From Octopus vulgaris (Eukaryota): a stretch of 64,000 nucleotides of DNA. The stretch covers positions 166,904,001 through 166,968,000 of the forward strand of contig OX597817.1 of NCBI GenBank assembly GCA_951406725.2, in the 5' to 3' direction. The notes under the pieces are model-generated. The model was given only the letters and a program-made list of their open reading frames with translations. It searched no databases and was not told where the DNA came from. Positions within the stretch are counted from its first letter, which is position 1. Every line of letters begins with the position of its first letter. This document shows positions 53,881-64,000 of this stretch, piece by piece. A program made the position numbers and the translations under genes.

Positions 53881-54258
53881 AGGAGCACTCCGTCGGTTGC
53901 GACGATGAGGGTCCCAGCTGATACGATCAACGGAACAGTTTGCTCGTGATATTAACGTGCAAGTGGCTAAGCACTCCACAGACACGTGACCCTTAACGTA
54001 ATTCTCGAGGAGATTCAGCGTGACACAGATTGTGACAAGGCTGGCCCTTTGAAATACAGGTACAAGAGAAACAGGAAGAAAGAGCGAGAGAAAGTTGTGG
54101 TGAAAGAGTACAGCAGGGTTCACCACCATCCCCTGCCGGAGCCTCGTGGAGCTTTAGGTGTTTTCGCTCAATAAACACTCACAATGCCCGGTCTGGGAAT
54201 CGAAACCGCGATCCTCCGACCGCGAGTCCGCTGCTCTAACTACTGGGCCATTGCGCCT
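53881..54258 (-). mobile_element. tRNA(Arg-like) SINE
   Basis: Reverse complement of the 29361 family; ctattcggata repeated at the flanks. Confidence 0.85.
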
Positions 54259-54840
54259 CTATTCGGATAGTCTGGGAAAGCAATGGACACAACCTGATCT
54301 CCTCTAGACCAAAAGAAAACAAGAACAACAACAACAAAGAAAAAACTACCAAACAAAAGCATAAAGAGAAAGAAATAAGGAAAATATCTGGAATTTTGAG
54401 TAACAATAACTGGAAAAGTTATGCAAAGGGAACAGCTAAAGAAAAGCCATCGAAAAATACCGATGTGTTGAAAGCTTCCCATTTCTACTAAGCAAACTTT
54501 TTTTTTTAAATCATTTTTCCTGTATTTCTATCGGTAATTTGCACTGCCGTTGTGCTTGGTCAACACTTTAAAGGGTTTTAGTTGAACAAATCGACCCCGG
54601 TATTTTGTTTTTTTTTTTTTCTCCGTTTCAAGACTGGTACTTATTCAATTGATCACTTTGACCGAACCGCTAAGTTACTGGGGCGTAAACAAACCAACAC
54701 CGGTTGTCAAGCTGTGGCCGTGATGTTAACTAACACAGATACCAAGACTAACACAGTTACACGCGCGCACACACACACAAACATGTATATAACATATATG
54801 TGTGTGTGTGTGTGTGAGTGTTATAATATATATATATATA

Positions 54841-55265
54841 GGCGTAGGAGTGGCTGTGGGGTAAGTAGCTTGCTTAGCAACCACATGGTTCCGGGTTCAG
54901 TCCCACTGCGTGGCACCTTGGACAAGTGTTTTCTACTATAGCCTCGGGTCAACCAAAGCCTTGTGAGTGGATTTGGTAGACGGAAACTGAAAGAAGTCTG
55001 TCGTATATATATGTATACGTATGTGTATATGTATATGGCTGTATATGTTTGTGTGTCTGTGTTTGCCCCCCCCCCAACATCGCTTGACAACAGATGCTGG
55101 TGTGTTTACGTCCCCGTGACTTAGCGGTTCGGCAAAAGATTCCGATAGAATAAGTACTAGACTTACAAAGAATAAGTCCTGGGGGTCAATTTGCTCGACT
55201 AAAGGCAGTGCTCCAGCATGGCCACAGTCAAATGACTGAAACAAGTAAAAGAGAAAAGAGTAAAA
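54841..55265 (+). mobile_element. tRNA-derived SINE (12803 family)
   Basis: Full-length homology. Confidence 0.85.
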
Positions 55266-55333
55266 GAGTATATGTTTGTGTTGTGTTCGTGTATACATAA
55301 TATATATACATATAATACATATATAATTGACGA

Positions 55334-55721
55334 GTGGAGGCGCAATGGCCCAGTGGTTAGGGCAACGGACTCGCGGTCATAGGATCGCGGTTTCGATTCC
55401 CAGACCGACCGGGCGTTGTGAGTGTTTATTGAGCGAAAACACCTAAAGCTCCACGAGGCTCCGGCAGGGATGGTGGGGATCCCTGCTGTACTCTTTCACC
55501 ACAACTTTCTCTCACTCTTACTTCCTGTTTCTGTTGTACCTGTACTTCAAAGGGCCGGCCTTGTCACTCTCTGTGTCACGCTGAATATCCCCGAGAACTA
55601 CGTTAAGGGTGCACGTGTCTGTGGAGTGCTCAGCCACTTACACGTTAATTTCACGAGCAGGCTGTTCCGTTGATTCGGATCAACCGGAACCCTCATCGTC
55701 GTAACCGACGGAGTGCTTCCC
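55334..55721 (+). mobile_element. tRNA(Arg-like) SINE
   Basis: 12-bp TSD tataattgacga at 55322-55333 and 55722-55733. Confidence 0.92.
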
Positions 55722-56517
55722 TATAATTGACGAAATTGGAGTAATGAGGAGGGAGTACAGTTGGACATTTGTTTATTATTCACTGAAATTGTCTCGACGC
55801 AACGTAGTTCTCCAAGAATACAGGTATTTGATTATGCAACTGTTTGTTTGCACAATGTGATCTAATTGTGTTACCTCAGGCGCTATAGAAGTGCTGTCTC
55901 CGTTAGTTTAAAATCACCGACTTCACGAACATCTCCTCTCTTTGTAGTGGTTTGAATTTAGTTGTAGCTGAAATACTCGTAGTGCAAGGTGTGAGAGCGT
56001 GTTTGTCCGACTGCTATGAAAAGCAGTAGATGGTACAAGCTAGCCTTTAAGTGGGATAGTCTTTTATTTGGTTGTATTTCAGATTTGTTCTTCATGGTTG
56101 GCTTCATGGCTGGAATTTTCTACTCTGACCTTTAGCATCCATTGATAACTATAATATATAATCAAAATAAACAACAGGATTTCAAGTAGTAATGCAGTAC
56201 GACCGTTTCAAGCGGATCAATTTAATTGAACAATGCAATCATTACGTCAATTTAAATATAGCGCTATCTTCAGCTGCACAAAAATTATGGAACTTCAAAA
56301 GGCAAGATACATTAATTTAATTTTAATTAAATATTTTAACAGAGCAAGAAAATGAAGAAATTCATGATGTCGCTATTGTAGCAAGAATGGCTAAGAAAAC
56401 AGACAACAATTTCTTAGAATAGCATGGAGCATAGTGAGGTCACAGGGTTGTAATTCATTTCCAACTTATTTATCTCTTTATCATCCGCTAAAATCTGAGA
56501 CTAGAAGACTGTGTACA

Positions 56518-56918
56518 TCTTTATATATAAAAGTCAAGTTGTGTGAGTGTCTGTCTCCTACGATTTAGATTCCTAACTACTCCCACATTTTGCGGTGCAG
56601 TGTAACCAAAACCGGGTATCTTATAGTCGTGATTCATATCGAGCCCTTCTGGGTATTAGCGCGCGTCTACGATGAATCTACGATTTAAAAAAAAAATTAC
56701 CATCATTTATTTCCATTTTAATGCATTTTTTCGCTATTATATGAGGGAAGTAACTCTCTAAAAATGCCTACGATGAGTCAACGATTTTTAAAAAAATTCA
56801 CCATCATTTTTTTCTATTTTTAATGCATTTTTTTGCTATTTTTTGGCTATAACTCTCTAAAAATGCTTATATAGTTATTTCCCTTACAAACGCGAGCAAC
56901 GCCGGGCGATACTGCTAG
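56518..56918 (+). mobile_element. Non-autonomous Helitron (401 bp)
   Basis: A|TC...CTAG|T, no TSD; degenerate subterminal hairpin cgcgagcaacgccggg. Confidence 0.88.
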
Positions 56919-57197
56919 TTTAGAATAAAGAGCAAAATTGAGTTGACAGCTCATGGCTAGCTATTTGTCATAAATATTGTCATAGGTTCCCCTTTACCTA
57001 CAAGAAAAAAAAACCAAAACTTTAGAAAGAGTTAATTAGATAGAAGTATCTGTCTATAAAAAGAGGTAGGGTAGGGCTGACTTTAATTTATGATGATATT
57101 ACCAGTTAAGGGGTAAAGCACAATGTAAAAATCAAGATGCTATAATGAGATGCAGGAACAATATTAGGGGTTCGACGGAAAAAACGTTTATATGCAA

Positions 57198-57595
57198 CTA
57201 GCAGTATCGCCCGGCGTTGCTCGGGTTTGTAAGGGAAATAACTATATAAGCATTGTTAGAGAGTTATAGCCAAAAAATAGCAAAAAATGTATTAAAAATG
57301 GAAAAAAAAATATGGTAAATTTTTTTTTAAATCGTTGACTCATCGTAGACATTTATAGAGAGTTACTTCCCTTATATAATAGCGAAAAATATGCATTAAA
57401 ATGGAAACAAATTATGGTAAATTATTTTTAAAATGGTAGACTCATCGTAGACACGCGCTAATACCCAGACGGGCTCGATATGAATCACGACTATAAGATA
57501 CCCGGTTTTGGTTAAACTGCACCGCAAAATGTGGGAGTAGTTAGGAATCTAAATCGTAGGAGACAGACACACAACTTGACTTTTATACATAAAGA
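57198..57595 (-). mobile_element. Non-autonomous Helitron (398 bp), inverted sister copy
   Basis: 5' TCTTTATGTATAAAAG; 3' cccgagcaacgccgggcgatactgCTAG|T. Confidence 0.9.
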
Positions 57596-57658
57596 CTAGC
57601 TGAAGGTGACCCGCTCTACGCGCGGGTAAGAGTGTGGTATATATATATAAATGTATAC

Positions 57659-57724
<66 letters not shown>

Positions 57725-59626
57725 TATATGCACTTTGTATATATAAAAATTATTATATATACATATTTATATATAGATACACACACACATATATAAATTA
57801 ACCCAATAAATATCTGATTCATAATATATGTTGTCATGATTGAGTGGTCGTTGTGGCGATGATAATTCTCTCTATGAATGCAGACAAACGTAGAAAGTGA
57901 GAGTGTGTGAAAGCGCTGTGGAAGGCAGGGAGGGGGGATAACGGACGCTGTGAAACGACGTTATAAAGAGAAAGTGAATGTAAGGGAGGTAGACGCTGTG
58001 AAACGACGTTATAGATAGAAAGTGAAAGGAAGGGAGAAAAGTGAGTGAGTGATGGAGGAAGACAGATACATAAAAGAATGAGAGTGTTGGATGTTTTGTT
58101 TGTTGGACCAATGTATTAAGGTAGTATTGTTTTATTGTTTTAAAACGAAAGAGGCAATGTGTTTGTTTCAAAAATTAAAAAAATCTGTTATAGTGAATGA
58201 AATTAGAATTCACACCCAGCTTAGTTTTGTAGAAAGAGTATCACGATGTGAACTCATGAGTTGGAAGTTTGACTGAGAGAGTTTATATGGTGACACATGC
58301 CAGTCCTTTCGACACCACCTAAACAATGGAATAGTGTATAAAATGTAATTAACAACTCATTCACTTTATGAATGTCTTATGTTAGCGAAAAAACAATAAC
58401 TTGACAAAACCGTTTAATGGAGACGTAGAAGGAATCGGAAAATGAGGAATAAAGAGAATGAGTTGGATCAAATGTTTGCAAACATCTGAACCCAATGTTC
58501 TTTATGAACCATGTTCTTTTTAATGTCTTTATTTTCAAGAATGAAGAGATAATGAAGAGGTGCAAAATAAAAAATCAAGCAAAATTTCATGACTTACAAT
58601 CAGTTTTCTTTTGTCAGAGCCTCTGATAAACCACGTTCCTTGTGCGCTCATGATTGCCAAGAATGAAGAGTTTATGTGGATTTCCAACTCGAGAACAGGC
58701 TACGTACAATTGACCATGACTGAAAACCGGTTGTGACAGGTTAATGCCTACAATGTCCAGTGATTGTCCCTGTGACTTGTTGATTGTCATCGCGAAGCAT
58801 AGTTTTATCGGAAATTGAAAGCGTTTAAACTGAATAGGAACATCAGAGGGTGAAATACTCATTTTATGTATCATTTTGATTGTTCCTACAAATGGTCCAC
58901 TCAAAATTTCAGCAGTTATAACATGGCATTGAATCCTCCTAATAACCATTCGGGTTCCATTGCATATTTCAGGCGTTTCCATATTTCTGAGCACTATGAT
59001 TGGGGCACCAACTTTCAAACACAAATGATGAGGTGGAAGTCCCGGAGGTGTTAGCTTGTTGAGTAGCTCGGGTGGATATTTGACTGCATCATTCTCATCT
59101 TTATTTGTATCGATGGACATGAAAGAAACTATCTCACCAGGATTCATATCAAGTACTTGTTTATTTGTAGCATGAGCTGTTGTATTATGAGGCGATAGAA
59201 TAGCTCTTGCCCTTAGCCAATCGAGATCCTGGAAGTTGGTTTCGACGTCAGGTAAAACGGCTCTTATAAGTTCTTCTACATTTGGAACGAAATTCCCAAA
59301 AGGCAACCGAATATGCTCATCATCAACGAAAGGCAAAACTCCATCACCAAGATCTAATAGGTGTTTTGCGAAAGCCTCAGACTCCACATCACCATGTAGG
59401 TGGACTCTCATGTTTGTTTGAAGATGGCGACTGATAACACTGTGCCACACAAAAGAATGCTTTATACATGCATTAACCTCATCAGCTCTAGTGCCTGCTC
59501 GGACAACAGGAAGAGTTTGTCGAAAATCTCCTGCCATGAGAAACGTAGCTCCACCCATTATTTTTGTATTGTGACGCAAATCTTGGAGAGTTCTGTCAAG
59601 AGCCTCAAACATGGCCTTATTACTCA
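57596..59626 (-). mobile_element. 3' part of host Helitron (Helitron 2): PIF1 helicase C-terminus, 3' region and terminus
   Basis: Helicase 58614-59626 (GDFRQTLPV, NMR, CNGTR, FAMTINKSQGQS, HGQLYVACSRV); end acccgc-gcgtaga-gcgggt hairpin + caccttcagCTAG at 57596. Confidence 0.88.
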
Positions 59627-62600
59627 CTAGCAGCATAGCCCGGCGTTGCCCGGGTATGTAAGAGCCCCTAGTAGGCAACGACTAATCCCAATGTAGTCCT
59701 TTCCCTCCAGGGAACGAAGGTGCATGTGGACGTTGCAATGTCTTGTCTTCACTGGAATACTTCTGTATATACGATGTTCCTAGCTGTCCGTTTGGGCGAA
59801 AACATGAAAACATCATTGCGCCTCCCAACGCGTGAACAGCCCACGTAGAGTTGACCGTGGGCGAAGCACTGTTCGCCCAAATGTAACCCAGCGACTTGTA
59901 GCGTTTGGCCTTGGGATTTATTGATGGACATTGCGAAGCAGAGTTTAACAGGAAACTGAGAACGCCTGAAGTGGATTGGTAGGTCAGCGCCCGACGGTTG
60001 AAGGTGCATCCGTGGAATGAAGACGTCCTCTCCCTTCCCACAACCGGTAAGTATTGTGGCCGTTATTAAATGTGGTGCCAAATGTTTCACAACCAAACGT
60101 GTGCCGTTGCACTGTTTAGGTGGAACCAAATTCCTGATGAGCATAATGGGCGCACCGACTTTTAACTTCAGGATGTGTGGTGGCAGGCCTGGCGGTTCAA
60201 GTGAATTCAGGAATTCAACAGGATAATCGGCAAGCTGGGCGGGGTCTGCTGTCCTATCTATAGATTTGTAGACGTGGACATCACCAGGAATAGCTTCAAG
60301 TAGCTGGATATTGATGGAGTTGACGGTTGTATTTTTGGGTGCGAGAATAGCTCTGCCTGCCAGCCATTTTAGGTCGCGTAAATTGTTTTGTAGGTCGTGG
60401 AAGACAGCGTCCCGGAGGCTAGCAGGGGTATCGACAATGGTGCAAAGTGAGTCCAATTGAACGTAGCCATCCGCATCAGACAGCATCCTATTTTCACCGA
60501 GCGATAAGAGGTCCCTGGAGAATGCAGCGGATCCGCTGTCACCAATTAACTGCGCGCGCATGTTAGTTTGGAGGTGCAAGGGCCGCACATGTGCCCAAAG
60601 AGCTGACGACTTAAGGCACGCGCGCACGGCATCGGCACGGGTTCCTTTTGGAATAACAGGTAGAGTCTGCCTGAAGTCTCCTGAAAGAAGTAAAGTTAAT
60701 CCTCCCATGGGGGCCGTAGAGTCTCTGATGTCTTGCAGGACCTGTCCAGTGCCTCAAGGGCGCCTTTGTGTGCCATAGTGCACTCGTCCCATACGATGAG
60801 TTTGCATCTGCGCAGAATGTCGGCCTGTTCTGAGTTCTTGGCGATGTTGCAGATAGGTGACTCGGACTTTGCCAGATCGAGCGGGAGTCTGAAGGCAGAG
60901 TGGGCGGTTCTGCCACCCGGAAGCAACGTGGCCGCGATACCAGAGGAAGCTACAGCCAGGGCAATGTCCGTGTTGCGTCTGACCTCTGCCAGAATTAGTT
61001 TAGTGACGAAGGTTTTGCCAGTGCCGCCGGGTGCATCAAGGAAGAAAATCCCCCCACGTTGCTGTCTGACAGAGTCTACGATGGTGTTGTAGGCTATGCG
61101 CTGGTCTGGAATCAGCCGTGGTTCATTATCTTGGACGTACTGGTGCAGTTCCTCAATGCAGTAGGAAGTTTCGCGTAACAATTCAGCAGACATAACATTG
61201 GCGTGTTCACGTGTGGGTGGTGGAAGGCCGTACTCTGTTAAAGCAGACCCACCCATATCGATGACAGCGTCTTCGAGTTGAATGAGCGCAAAATTGTAAA
61301 TGAAGTTGGTGAACGTGATCTCGGCGGAAGGGCAGTGTTGCTGAGCCGTACGTAAGAAGTCGTGCGACATGTCATCCCTGTATTTCATCCAGAGACTTAG
61401 TGGATCACTAAGCTGACATTTTTGAAGAAGGATTGCGAAAAGATGTCGTAGGGCCGAATGCGTTTGCAGTAAAGCACCCTCTGCCATCGTGGCGTCCCAC
61501 TGGGAGTCATCCTCTAGAAGGCCAAGTCTCATACATGCTTCCCTGAAGGTGTCGCACAGAACCCCATTGACGGTACGTATATTGGCGAAACCTGTTGGAC
61601 CAGTGACCTCATGTAGAAGGAGACGGAGGTAGAAGCATTCTTGCTGGTTTGGCGGGATGTTGTAAACTCGACCCAGGCAGGAGTCAAACTTGACGCCTGG
61701 GAAGCTTTCGACGTTTTTGCCGGATTTCCGTCGGACCCAGGTGTTTTTAGACCACACGAAGTACGATGGGACCTGTGGGTACAAAAGCGTTCGAGCGAAG
61801 TCATCACGTTGGCATAATTTGAAGAAACCAGTCAACGTTGTGTCTTTAGGGCTGGTGGCTATGTGCACAGCACTTTGCTCTGTGAAGTAAATCCGCTGTC
61901 CATTTTCCAAGTGTACAGCAAGCTGCACCACAGCCGGGTGTCTCTGATGGAGCGGGAAGCCGTAAATGCGCCAAAACGCTTCGTTGCTGCTGAGGTACCG
62001 GCCAGCCAAGTAGTTGGACATTTCGTCGCGACTGGTGGTCCTCTGGATGCTGAACATGGCAGCATCGCTGCCTTTGTTGATATATTTGCAGACATATTGT
62101 ATTGACCTGATGGAGCTGCAGAACTCAACGTTGACGTGGGCTTTGAATATCTTCGACAGGAGAGGACAGTAGGGGACAATGTAGCTGTTGTCCACTTGAT
62201 GTCGCCCAACCGTAATCGTGCGGCCTCCATTGGCTGGACTCCTTCGTTTGTACAGCGGATACCCATCGCCGCCTGTTTGAGTCTCCAAAGTGAACCGTTT
62301 AGGGAATCCCTTTGAGCAGGCTAATCCGTTTTTGTAGCATGGTGTGTTGGCGTAATTTGGTCCACAGGGCCCGTGTACCATGGTAGTGCGGACAATTTCG
62401 TAGAGTCCGGGGTCCTCATCGGAGTCAGGAATCTCGGCGGAAATGAATTTGTCAATGTCATTAGTCTCGATTTTATGAGTGAGCCAAATTAAGATGTGAG
62501 CATGTGGCAAGCCCCTCTTTTGCCACTCGACCGAAAACATGTGGCACCTGACATGCCCGAAAATCTGACCCTTAACTATCAAATCCTTCATTTTGCCCAA

Positions 62601-64000
62601 ATTCAGACGGAAAACCCTAGCAACGATATCGTGTCGATGGGTGTGAGATTGACCCGGGAGGAGTTCGCGAGTGATTTCGTCACAGCTGGGATTGCACGTG
62701 TAGGTGATAAAGAGGTCCGGCCGGCCGTAAATGCGCACGTAGGTCAAGGCGTCTTGGGTCCTTTCACGCATATATCGCGGTCCTCCCGTGAAGGTGGAGG
62801 GTAGAATGCATGGCTTGCCGATGTTGCGAGGGTCATTTTCTTGTTGCAAACCGTCACGGAGATGAATGTAGGAGTCGGAGCGAAGTTTGGTCTGATTAAG
62901 TTTAATGTATAGCAGCCTTTCCGATTCCATTTTTGCGGCCATGTCGACGGCGAACTGGTTGAATAGCTGACGACAACGGGGCAATAAGTTGAACTCACCC
63001 TCCCTGACCATGAACCGGTATGAGTAGAACGCCCTGCAGGAAACCGTCTTTGATGCCGCAGTAGTTTGATTGGAGGGCTGCCGTAAAGGAATTCCGAAGT
63101 GGTAGCCGTCTTCCCCATAAGGGAAAAGCAATGGATACTGAAGCGCGTCATAAGATCTGTGAGTCTCGCTGATCCTGTGTAGGTTGTTACCACGGGAGGA
63201 GATGATTATGTCACGGCTGTTGTGTTGCTCTCCGTGTATGACTGCGGCAATTTCGTTGCACGCAGGTGCGTTGAAACGGCGTTCGTGCTCCCCGTGGGGT
63301 CGTTTATCAGCATCAATGACAACGGTGAAGTTTGGAGATGGAGCACTGTCCAAGGCATATCTGAAGCTGCAGACGTAGCTGTTGATATCATGAAGCATGG
63401 TTTGGAGACGGAGAAGAACGTCTTTGCGGGGAACATAGCTTGTACCCGGTATTATTCCAAGGCGTGCATCAACCTGGTGGTTGTAGTCGGCAATGAAGTA
63501 TATTTGGAGGAAAGAAGACTGCTGAATCTCGTCTGGCAGAAGTGACCCAATAAGATGGTAGACCTGTCCCTGCACTTTGAAAGTAGGCATCCAGCCTTCT
63601 CTGGGAGGAATTTTGGCCCCGAAAGAGGTCATTTGGAATGAGCAGTTGTACTTTCGAATTATTTCAAGGAATTGTGACGAATCGGGGGTTAAACCCGCCG
63701 CGAGATCCTTCAGTGGTTGAGGTGGTTCCCGTAGGGGTGGCAGGTCCACTTTGCCACCAGAGCAGCACAAACCAGGTGGCTCTCCGGGCCATTTCTTGGC
63801 TTTGCAAAACTGGCATACAATTGTCATTGACCCTATCTTGATGTCGTCACGCAAGGAGAAGTTAATTGTGGCGTCGTAGTTGAATGCTAGTGACAACCAG
63901 AAAGCGGGGGCAGGGGTACGTACACCACGAATGATATCCCGACGTTTGTTGATACTCTCAAGTCGAGTGCACCGTGCCTCAGCAGATTCAGATGCACGTG
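59627..64000 (-). mobile_element. Autonomous-type Helitron (Helitron 1); 5' end outside the window
   Basis: 3' cccgggcaacgccggg-ctatgctgCTAG|T at 59627; RepHel ORF upstream. Confidence 0.95.
59749..64000 (-). CDS. Helitron RepHel (HUH endonuclease + PIF1/SF1B helicase), with one frameshift at ~60739
   Basis: PDLFITYTCNP, VEWQKRGLPHAHILIW, YVCKYINKG, DAPGGTGKT, IVWDECTM, GDFRQTLPV, KSQGQT; the frame stays open to the window edge. Confidence 0.93.

Noticed and set aside
58614-59678. Stand-alone host PIF1 helicase gene
   Set aside because: Lacks Walker A/B, its N-terminus is a Helitron end, and a Helitron hairpin-CTAG lies downstream

Overview
AT-rich, microsatellite-dense eukaryotic DNA. The SINE repertoire suggests a cephalopod, probably Octopus (inference). 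The window holds one host gene: three coding exons of a divergent calmodulin-like gene on the + strand (4517-4660, 50286-50528, 51775-51803), with a 45.6-kb intron and its 5' exons outside the window. The rest is mobile DNA: two Penelope-like retroelements, an R4/Dong-like fragment in (TAA)n, a decayed APE/RT LINE, a mariner relic, MITEs, many SINEs, and a four-element Helitron cluster with a near-intact RepHel element nested inside another Helitron. The main non-obvious signal is a set of minimal type-I hammerhead ribozymes (CUGANGA..GAAA..NUH with palindromic stem-III loops): at least 6 sequence families and about 16 motifs, read by eye. They lie in Penelope pLTRs and in ORF-less 490-583-bp tandem/inverted retrozyme-like units inserted into (TA)n. 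One is a 3-copy sense-strand array ending about 120 bp before a calmodulin-like exon. Most ORFs in the supplied track are microsatellite artefacts.
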